A stretch of 60,211 nt of DNA, filler included, from Sphacelaria rigidula (taxonomy: Eukaryota), in NCBI GenBank assembly GCA_964200075.2. It is 10 parts of 10 records of this genome, joined end to end, with 100 filler letters (N's around TTAATTAATTAA, not from the genome) between each part and the next. Parts side by side here need not be neighbours in the genome. Positions count along the whole stretch, not along the records: positions 48,250 to 54,180 come from CAXNAA020023396.1; positions 54,281 to 60,211 come from CAXNAA020023397.1; 8 more parts are not named here. One strand, given 5' to 3'. Position numbers and translations under genes: made by a program. A model generated the notes under the pieces. That model had not been told where the DNA came from and did no database searches. It worked only from the letters and a program-made list of their open reading frames with translations. Positions 50,461 to 60,211 of this stretch are shown here, piece by piece. Positions within the stretch are counted from its first letter, which is position 1. Each line of letters starts with the position of its first letter.

Positions 50461-51424
50461 TTTCTACGTTTTTGCTAAAAACAAATGATCGACTGTTGTT
50501 CCCGTGTGGGGGCTCAGACAAGTGCCCGGTCGACTGCACAGGGCTGCGAACGCGAGTAAAGACGTGTTGCAGCACCCTTCTTTGCCCCTCAAAAAACCCC
50601 GGGCGGGTGGGACGGGGGGGGGGGGGGGGGGGTTGGGGGGGCGTGCGTTGGCTCCTGTGATGAATGTTTCGAGCGCCCTTGCATATATCAACGCACCCCT
50701 CTCATGCAGGGATGTGTGCAGGTGTAGGAACACGAAGCCTATGTATTGTCATGGGAGATGTTTGGTGTCCTTTCCCCCTCGACCTTTAAGATTTGTTGTG
50801 ACGTTGTCATCCATGTTTGTGTAAAGCGTTTATGATCCTCCTTTCCCCTTCCCCTTCCCCCTTCCTCGGGACGTGTCCGCAGTCTCGAAGGGTCGTCATC
50901 AGCCCATCTCTCCTTCGCTTCCTATTTTGCCCCATGTAAATCGAGTTTAGGGTCAACATTTCCGGCAATCAGTCAGCCTTCATCGCAATACATTGCCAGC
51001 TCTCGCCATCTCATTTTTGCGTGATGAACGTGCTCTAGCATTTAAGTTGAAAATTCCAACCTCTACTGAAGATTTCAGGCCTCGACTGTGAAACCTCGAG
51101 CGATAAATCCAGCTTCAGTTATTTCGATGGCTTGGACCAATTTTGCCCCACTTGATGGAATGTCGGATAAGCTCACTTGCGATTTAGACTATCGTTTGAT
51201 TCCCTCTCTAAGAATATGACAACCCACTGCCTTCGCATGTCCGATGCGCTGCGAATATGGGGAGATTTTTTTTTTTTCTTCATTTTTTGGGTCGAAGCTT
51301 TACATTTCAGTCATGAAGATCAAGAATATAATTTGATTTGCCTTCTGATGTGGACAGACTCAAAACCAATGGTTGAGAATGGCGCAGAGACATAGAGCGG
51401 GGAGAAGCTCGATACATTCCCCAG

Positions 51425-51571
51425 ACCTCGATTATGGCATCGTCTAGAGGAGGAGAAGGGTCAGAAGTACGACGGGGAAAAACATGTATATTCGTGAAGA
51501 ATCGCTTCAAATGGGAAGCTAAGACTGTTTTGTACGCAAATATGCTCGATTCATTGAAGAAACATTGCGAG
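51425..51571 (+). CDS. Possible intermediate exon of the coiled-coil gene
   Basis: cccag|ACC...GAG|gtaatg, 49 codons, phase 0-0; acceptor uncertain. Confidence 0.35.
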
Positions 51572-52618
51572 GTAATGAGTTCGCTGTCCTTAAATTACAT
51601 ACACGACGCAGTAACATTTTCATTTTTTCTTGCTAGCGTAATTCCTTCCTTCCTTTGCACCCATTCCTCGATGTGGTGTGTTGCCAAGCGATGTTGTTGT
51701 TGTTATGTCTAGTATTCTCGTACATGTACTGCTGTCGCCCAAAGTGTCTGCGTACGGCGGGGTGTACTCGTACCTGGCGGGTGAAAACCCGACATGGAAT
51801 ATTCCAGCACGATAAGAATTCGTCGGGTATCGTGCTCTTGTCTTGGAATTGAGTGTAAAAGTAACATGCGTACCTTGGCCTTCGAGACTCTCTGGGCGTG
51901 TGTAGATATGGATGGGGAAAGGGCATAGCCGAAGTTTCCCAGGCGGGTGATACACCCCGTCCTAGCATAGGTACAAGGGTAGATATTGCTTCGGATAGTG
52001 ATGTCTTGGATTTGATTTCTATTCCTGTTTGGCTTCATGTGTCGAGTGGGAGCGTTGGGCTCCATCTCCATTAGTCCGAGTTGTCGCCTGTGGTACCGAA
52101 TCACACAGGGCTGTTCACAATCCTTTTTTTTTATCGCATCTGTGTTGATATTTCTGGGTCACCCTGTCTACCTTATAAATTGTCCGATTTCCCTTATACC
52201 TTCTTTTGGGTAGTTAGCATCTGACCACGGAAGGGGTCCGCATCAGATGCCCAGTACGGAAGCAAGAGGTACTGCGCAGATATCGGAACGGTTTTCGATG
52301 CGAAGACAACAATAATATAAACCACGCACCCTGAGGATTTGGATTGAAAACCTCTGAAGTAGCGCGATTGACTCAACGGGGTATGCGGGCCCCTAGGGGG
52401 ACCTCTGAGATTGCGGGGACCTTGCTGCCCGTGCTGCTTTTTTAGCTCATTCTCGTGCTGTGTGCCCCGGAGAGACTTGTTTGCTTCACGCAGCGGGACC
52501 ATCCCGTACGTATTCTAGCCTTTTATCGATGATGTCTCTGCACTGCCTGTCAGGCCACTTTTAATCGTGTTTGTCATCTCGTATCCCTTGTGCTGCTCGC
52601 TCCCATCGTGGTGTCCAG

Positions 52619-52897
52619 GCCAACCAGAGGGCGAAGGATTTCGTTTCCCTGCAGCAGCAACTCCAGAAGCAGAAGCAGGCTACCACTGAAAGCGCCAAAA
52701 CGAAGGCCAAGATGGAAAAGGATATCGACTTTCTCAACGAGGAAATAGACGATTGCGCGTCACACTTTTACGAGAAGGTGCGGGAACATGACGACGTCGC
52801 GGCGAAGCTGGCTGCTTCCGAGGAGAGGGTCAAGGAGATGGAGCAGACAGTCGAAGTCAGCCAGGCGGATCTTCAACAAGTGATGAAGAAGCAGAAG
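52619..52897 (+). CDS. Exon encoding a coiled-coil segment
   Basis: tccag|GCC...AAG|gtgaga, 93 codons: ANQRAKDFVSLQQQLQKQKQ...ADLQQVMKKQK; GC-rich third codon positions. Confidence 0.8.
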
Positions 52898-53388
52898 GTG
52901 AGATGATGTCCGCATGTCGTTGCACGGAAGGCAGGGGAGGGCGAGGGCGGGAAGGGGGGGTTATGTTCGTTCTCGTGACAGTTGGTTAATATTTCGTGGG
53001 AATGTTGAATTTGCGGATGAAGTGGTACATGGTGCCGTGAACGGGGACAATACGGGGCCCAGAGGAGGACAATATTTCAGCTCCGCATTTGCTACTGTCA
53101 TTTTCCGTGTGTATGCCCGCACGGGTGGCCACTGAGGTGCCTGTTACCTCAAATTTGGACGTTACACACCTTGTGCAGCGTCTTAAACGTTCAAATTTGA
53201 GGTGACAGGCACCCCAGTGGCCACCCGTGCACTGTTTCACCGCCGTGTTCTTTTTCGGACATCTTGGAGAGAGCAACTCTGGTGTTGTGGATTGAGTACG
53301 TTTCTAGCGAGATATCTGCTTCGACCGCTTCCGTCGTAGGACCGATGGCCAACGCGAGGCGGGGTTACGTGCCCTTGTGGAGGGATTG

Positions 53389-53419
<31 letters not shown>

Positions 53420-53707
53420 ATTGATTGATTGTCGCACTTTAACTGATCCCCCAGTCGTATTTGTGATTCGTGGTGACCACTTTTTCACATAGTTTGCAAT
53501 CATTTCAGGCTATTCTTTCTGCTGAACACCAGCCGTCAGCACGACAAGACACATTGGCCGGGAGTGTTTATCGACTTTCGTGTGTCCCTGCGTTCTATTT
53601 GCTCAGGTTTTGTCGACAGGGCCACGAGTTAAAAATATCACGGCAATCACACACACACGTGGGAACACCGCGGGTACTAGTTTTTGCTCTATCTTGCACT
53701 GTACTAC

Positions 53708-54020
53708 GCGCCCCGGTGGTGTAATGGTCCGACTGTCGCCATTAGGGTGGAGAGAACGAGGGTTCGATTCCCGATGCGTTGGGTTTTTTCTTCGTAACAT
53801 TTGATGACCACCGTGGAAAGCGTGAGAATGTGAGTAAACAAAGTAGTTGACGGAGTTTGTTTGGCGTGAGTTGACGCGGTGCGGGAGTGCTGACCCAATC
53901 CGCGAGACCGAAATGCAAGGCGTGTACCGGGGAGGGATGGCTTGATCCCTTGAGACCACGGAGTCGTCCCGGGGAAGGACAGGGGTTCGAAGTGCGACAA
54001 ACAAATGAAAGGATAAAAAA
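53708..54020 (+). mobile_element. tRNA-derived SINE, copy 2
   Basis: A box TGGTGTAATGG, B box GGTTCGATTCC, unique body, tail ggggttcgaagtgcgacaaacaaatgaaa; aligns with 9003-9290. Confidence 0.85.
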
Positions 54021-54325
54021 CATTACGTAAGGCCAACTCTTATGGGAGCGTTTGAAATTTTATTTTGCAACAATTTCAGAGTTTTTTTTTTTTTTTTTTT
54101 TTTTTCCATTTTTTACTGGCACAAAATACACAACTACTGCAAAGAAAAAGAAAAGACGTTTAAAATTATTTCAAAATAAANNNNNNNNNNNNNNNNNNNN
54201 NNNNNNNNNNNNNNNNNNNNNNNNTTAATTAATTAANNNNNNNNNNNNNNNNNNNNNNNNNNNNNNNNNNNNNNNNNNNNATACACAAAAAAAAAAAAAA
54301 AAAAAGCCAACCCCCCCGCCAGAAG

Positions 54326-54361
<36 letters not shown>

Positions 54362-55619
54362 GTAGTCATAATCGTGTATGCCATAGCCATCTGACCATTG
54401 TCCTCGCATCCCTACAAAGTCGGGACGGAGCGCGCTGGGTTTTCGCCGAACTAGGCTTGCAATCATTCACCAAGCGCGAAGCGCCGTGATGTGCTCGGTA
54501 AATCGCATGAAGGGTGAGCGGCACCCTGCCAAGAATGATCCGCCCGAAGGGTACCGGTCATCTTGCAATGAACGACAGCCCACGATGCGTTTCTTCATTT
54601 TCTGCTATCGCCACTTCCAGCGACAGTTACGGACTGCTCTGTCTCATGGGTGTTTCACCATTTTGATGGAGGGGGGTGCAAAGATGCGACATCAACATGT
54701 AACTCCATCCATGATGAGCACAACGTCAATACAATCATCCTCGGCCAGCTTCTGCTGAAAACAAGATTACCCTATTCCGCTAATTTTTTCAAGGGTCGGA
54801 CAAATAATGACTCGTCTGGAAATTACTTGACTTTAGTATGATGAGTTGACTCGTTACNNNNNNNNNNGCAACCCAGGTACACGCAGTCCAGACACGTGGA
54901 ATGGCGGAAAAGTTGCGTGGATACCCCTTGGACGAGCGATCAACTTTTTTCTTCCTTTTGGAAAATCAGGCCGAAGAAATCGTGAATCTGGTGATTTTGA
55001 GTCGTGATGATTTGTCCTAACCGTAAATTTTTTTACTTCATCGTGGACAAAGCAAAGGGACGGCTAGACCCCTGTCGCGGTGAAAAGTAAAGCGAAACAC
55101 CGCAGAAGGGGGGATGAAATGCCGAATAAAAGAATAATGGGAAATAAAACTCCAAGCTGAGGTAAAAATGAATGAAAAAAAAACTGTTGTGTTTTAACCT
55201 TCCTCCCGTCTTCGTGGCCAAGGCTGATGCGTCCACATATTATGCCCAAAGGTGCAGACTGGCGTCCAAAACATACAGGACGACAACGCATACGACACTT
55301 TCTACGATAACCCCCCTCCCAAAAACAGCCCAAAACTGTCACGAAAAAAAAGGGCTCTAGAGCACCTGATGTTTGCTTTCAGGCTGCACAAAGCGCCTCG
55401 TATGAGCGATATTGGCAAAAACGACTCCAAGAGTGGAAATTCTCAGCTGCTCGTTGTGCTTAGATTTTTTCATTTCGCCTCCCCACACCAGCCCCCTTTT
55501 TTCTTTTTCTTTTGGGGGGGGAGGGCTATCGTCAAAAGTGTCATGCTGAGGGCAAGAGAGCAGTCACCGCCATGGCATGCGCCTACACCGCCTACACCAA
55601 CACGAAGCTATCAGCTCAC

Positions 55620-57638
55620 CAAGAGGGTCACTTCCAAGCTCTGACGGACGGCATGCTCCCGGTGCTCGGTCTTCGCCTTCTGAGCGAAACTGCAGAGAAA
55701 AAAAAAAAAAAAGCGAGAATATGAAACAAAAATACATGCAAAATACACCCAGCGTGTACTGTGTAGCAGCAGTGTTATCATCCAATACACATCGCCGTTT
55801 GATATATTCGCTTTTGTACGGGTCTCGGAGAGCGGCCACCACAGAGCGGAGAGAGCATGTTACCACGTCCTTCGCCTGTGATTTTTTCGTTGAGTACTTG
55901 CCCACGCCGGCTTATCAGAACCCTGTGCGGTAAAACGACCTCGGACCGTACCTTTCGGTGGCGCGACGTGCGCCCTCGCCCCCTGGACAATCGATTGCAT
56001 TGTTGAGAAGTGTACTGCGTGCAGTATCGACTATTGGGTCAACAATTAGTTTAATATTCCATACTGTGCGAAGTACACTTTTTGACAAATATAATTTATT
56101 GTACAGGGTGTGGAAGCCCTTGCCTTCTACTCCAAACCCGACCCCCCGAGTAACAAAACTAGGCAAGACAAAAAAAATAATACAAAAAAGAGGGGAAAAA
56201 TAAATAAAAGGTATGGATAAGGTGTAGTGATTTCGAAAAATGGAAACGAAGAACAACGAATCCGGTGTCGGGGGAAATAATTCCGAAACGATTGCACTAT
56301 AATGCCATGATCGTACCTTCGCGCAATTTATACGCACACACACAAAAAAAACAACGAAGCGCGAACACGATCAGCCAGCAACAGCCGAAAAAACAAACAG
56401 GAAAAGGAAAAATATTAGAACTCACGTTAACCTCCGATGTTCCTTGGTCAGCTGTTCGTACTTCGTCAACCCGGCAGTCATAGCGTTTGCAAATATCTGC
56501 GGAGGAGAGAGGGGGGTAGTGGCGGCGGGAAGGTTTTGTGGGGAAGAACACGGATCGTGAGACGAGAGAGAGAAGGAAGGCATGCGAGCCAACCATTTTT
56601 TGCCCCGCGTGTTATGACGATACTGCGGTGAGGGAAAGCGAGGTTGAGCCGAGGTAACAGACATTCGGTTCCTGAGGAGCATTCCATGACCAATTCATGC
56701 GCAAGAGGGGCAAAAATACCCCGACGCACGTATGCGGGTGTGTTGTGGCACGGATCATGCCTTGGTATGGTAAATACCCGTGGAGCCAGATGTACCTCCT
56801 GAACAAGACCCGAAGTAAGCAACAAAGAAACGAACAACAGAGGTGAGCTTGAGGAACCAACATACACTCACTCACAACTGGGAACCAAGTCTCTATTTCA
56901 AGACAAGAAAAGGGATGCGTACAAATCGATGCAGAACAAGAAGGTGAAGGGCCAAATGAGAAAACGACAACATCGATTGTGATCATCTTCGGAAGTATTG
57001 TACAACACTCCTCTACCGAAGGTGATACAGCCCTTTCTCCTACCCTCCCCCCCCCCCGAACAAAAAGGGAAAACTGCGAGACACACTCACAGAGTATTCC
57101 TCCATTGTTTCGATGGTCCTCATCTGTACGCCGGGTTCAGGCGGAGGGAACTTAGGTAGCTCCATGGTTGTGCTCTGCATAAAAAGGAAGACACGTCGGA
57201 AAAAAAAAAAAATGTAGAAAACAAAAGGATCACAGCACCTCCAGAAGCTGCGAGAGAACCGATTCAAAATTATCGATAACGGAATGATAACTCATGGCAA
57301 GTAGGTGCCGACAGAAGAGGGCTGATCCCAAGGAACTACGCAATTCAACTCTCCCAGAGGAGGTGGACATAAAGTTACAGCACAGGACACTTCCTGCGAT
57401 AGCTTCTCCCCTCAAAAGTGGCTGGTTTGGGGGAGGCAAAATATATACGTCAACCGAAATGAAAAAAGCTGCGCACGACGAGCAGCTGGGAATTTCCTAA
57501 AACCAAACATCAGGCGCTGTATGATCACTTTTTTCGTGACAGTTTTGGGCTGTTCTTGTTTAGTTTTGTTTTGGGGGGGGGGGGGGGGCTATCGTAGAAA
57601 GTGGCACAGAAGTGGCACGTCTCCTATATCCGGTACGA

Positions 57639-57678
<40 letters not shown>

Positions 57679-59900
57679 CCGGGATGTGTTAGAGGAGAAT
57701 AGGACATGAGATGAAACGAATGTGACATGAAAACGGTTGGTACATGAGATAGTACCGAGGAGGCAATCGCTATACTAGGAGATAAATGGCCACAGACGGC
57801 GAAACAGGAAGAGGGTTGGTGAAAGTTCATCATGTAATGAACGGGGGAAACGGTAACGAGCGCCAACGTGTTGGGGGTGTCTCCGTCAGGAGTAGAAACA
57901 GTGCTCCGTCTCGGAAGGGATGCACGGTCACTGGTCAAATGACTTAAGGCAAGCAACATATGAGTATCCTCCCTCCTCCCTCTAGAGCGGATGCGAGGCC
58001 AATAGTCTTTTGACTATGGCATGCATGATCATGCGGATACCCCCCCCGCCCACCCCCCTGCACTGCGTTTTTTTGCCTTTCCACGACAAACAAGTACTCA
58101 CACCACTGCAAGAAACTGCACGATCTGCTCGAGCATTCCAATGCAGATAGACGACACGTGCGGTGTACTAATCGTTTGCGACACCCCTTGTATACAGGGT
58201 GCGGCATGTCTTCCTGGCAACTCCAACACTCAGTCAGCCACTTCAGTGGCCTTCACTTATTCACGCTATCCCTCATCGTTCTGACTCGCGTTCGACTCCC
58301 AACACATCTCCCTGAAACAGTTCACGCCTTTGCCCCAAGACCAGTACCGGCCGCTAAATTACTTAGACTTCAAGTACCACCCCCAAAACAAATGAAGTTG
58401 ATGAGTTCAATCGGTCCCCGAGGGATGCAGTTGTGGTTTATCACAAGATAGACGTGCCCATCATGAACAAAAACGGATCAACACGCAGGATACCCAATTG
58501 GTCATCATTCACCACGAAGTACCTGGTTGGCGTGATCCACGAAATAGGGACTGAAGCTAGTCCGATCCACCCTGCATTCCCAGCCCGGCGGCAATTCGGG
58601 CGGACACCCCTGGGCAGAGTAGGAGATGACCAGGAGGAACAATATTTATGGCGCGCGGAGGGGGAGGAGTCCTCATTATCTTGCATACCGTAGTCGTATA
58701 CTCATCGACCTTGCATCCTTACAAAGCCGAGACGGAGCACGTCGTGTTCTCGCCGGACCAGGCCCGCAATCAATCACCGAGCGCAAAGCGCCATGATGTG
58801 TCTGCTTGGCGACTCGCACAAAGATTGATCTGCATCCTGCCAAGATTGTTTGGCCCAAAGCGTACTGGGTTATCTTGCATTTGGATGACAATCTACGATG
58901 AGTTGCTTCATTTTCTGGTATCGCCACTTCCAGAGACTGCCACGAGTTTCACGCTGCCTCATGAATGCCCCACTATTTGGCGGCGGCAGCGGCGGGGGGA
59001 AGGGGGGTCAGGAAAAGCGGAGATATCAGCTATAGGGTAGTCGGTCTTTTTTACCATAGAGTTGATGGAAGTCAATGGATACCGAGCGAGTCAAACAACA
59101 TCTTCAGGCACTCGCGGATAAAAACACCAAGGGGCTCAGGGGAGACGGCAGACGCACCAACGAACATGATACGTGACGGAACGACAACAGTAATAAAACC
59201 GAGAGGCGACGCCTGCAGTACAGTGCACCTTGATGAGTGCCCGCAAAAGCCCGCATGACAGGTTGATGTCCCCCTTCAGCGTTTCCAGTTCCTGCGCGAT
59301 CGCGGCCATGCGCTGTGATAGCTCGATCGAGGTAGGCTGCAATGCGTTCTGAACCTGAGTTTGTAAAGAAATTTGCTTCACGCTGCCCACCGTGTTCAAC
59401 AGCATACAGACGCACACAAAAGGCAGTGATTGGCCCCAGGGATGGCAAGGGAAACGGGGACGAAAAGGATACTGAAATGATCCACCTGTTTTCAACAATA
59501 CGAAACACACACGTATGGTTAGGAAAGCCCAACGAAGGGTGGTCTCCTGGAGAGCCAGCCACGGCATCAAACTTTATAGACAACACCATTACAGTACAAG
59601 ATATATAAACAAGGTGTGTGTGTCGTCGTACTAAGGGATTTTCCGCACATTCAACGACTACGACTCTCAAGCCAGGGGAATCTTAGGCATTGAAAACAAG
59701 ACGTCATTTTCTCGGATTCCGTGGTAGGAGTCGACTCTGAGTCGTCGTATTTTCCCCAGCATGGCCGTACGAGTCCTGGATGGCGCAGGAATTGCTCTGG
59801 GACGTGTGGAGTTTTCATTTTCTCCACAGTTATTTTCGCCTTACTCTCTTCATGTAGACCCGCCGTCGAAGGATGGAAGATCCGGAATATCAGAGGGGCA
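55620..59900 (-). CDS. Partial multi-exon gene for a WW-domain protein; exons 59771-59900, 59229-59354, 58523-58609, 57091-57174, 56730-56798, 56426-56496, 55620-55689
   Basis: All junctions are GT-AG with consistent phases and give a stop-free product: ...LLRALIK|GCPPELPPGWECRVDRTSFSPYFVDHANQ|STTMELPKFPPP...EEYS|EVHLAPR...PAY|IFANAM...RRLT|FAQKAK...VTLL. The 59771-59900 exon is the least certain. Confidence 0.75.
57642..57675. repeat. (CA)n microsatellite
   Basis: Read directly from the sequence. Confidence 0.95.
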
Positions 59901-60211
59901 CTACATACGGTCATCGATGGCGGTACAAAATATTGACGGGGGGTGTACTCATGATCTTGCATGCCGCAGTCGTGTGGCCATGGGCCTTGCATCCCCACAA
60001 AGCAGGGACGGAGCACGCCGGGTTTTCGCCGGATCAGGGACTCGTAATTGAAGGGGAGGGAGGGGGAGGGGGGGGGAGGGGTGTACTCATGATCATGCAT
60101 GCCATAGTCATAACACCATTTACCTCGCAAAGGGGAGGGGGGGGCGTACTCATTTGTTGCTTGCCTTAGTCATTTGGCCATTGACCACGCATCTCTTTCG
60201 AGACGGAGCAA

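Noticed and set aside
53708..53780. Functional tRNA gene
   Set aside because: The acceptor stem and anticodon arm do not pair properly, and the sequence continues into a body shared with a second copy, as expected for a SINE.

Overview
This is eukaryotic, intron-rich, repeat-dense nuclear DNA, not a prokaryotic locus. It is most consistent with a brown alga (Phaeophyceae); this is inferred from the exon/intron style, a CBM32-like exon and the transposon families. The window is artificial: ten unrelated contigs of about 5931 bp are joined by nine 100-bp N-TTAATTAATTAA-N linkers, so nothing should be read across linkers. Host gene fragments are a CBM32/F5-8-like exon, MATE transporter exons, a low-complexity RGG protein, a coiled-coil protein and a 7-exon WW-domain gene. 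Mobile DNA dominates. It includes two LINE families, a tRNA-derived SINE sharing an RTE-type tail, and a decayed Gypsy pol. A second Gypsy 3' end (chromodomain to PPT/LTR) appears to carry an intronless SGNH-like extra ORF. There is also a pogo transposase with a PHD-like finger, a KDZ-like transposase relic, hAT, piggyBac and other MITEs, a foldback structure, and a very abundant G-run modular repeat. All protein calls come from manual translation and motif recognition; no database search was run.
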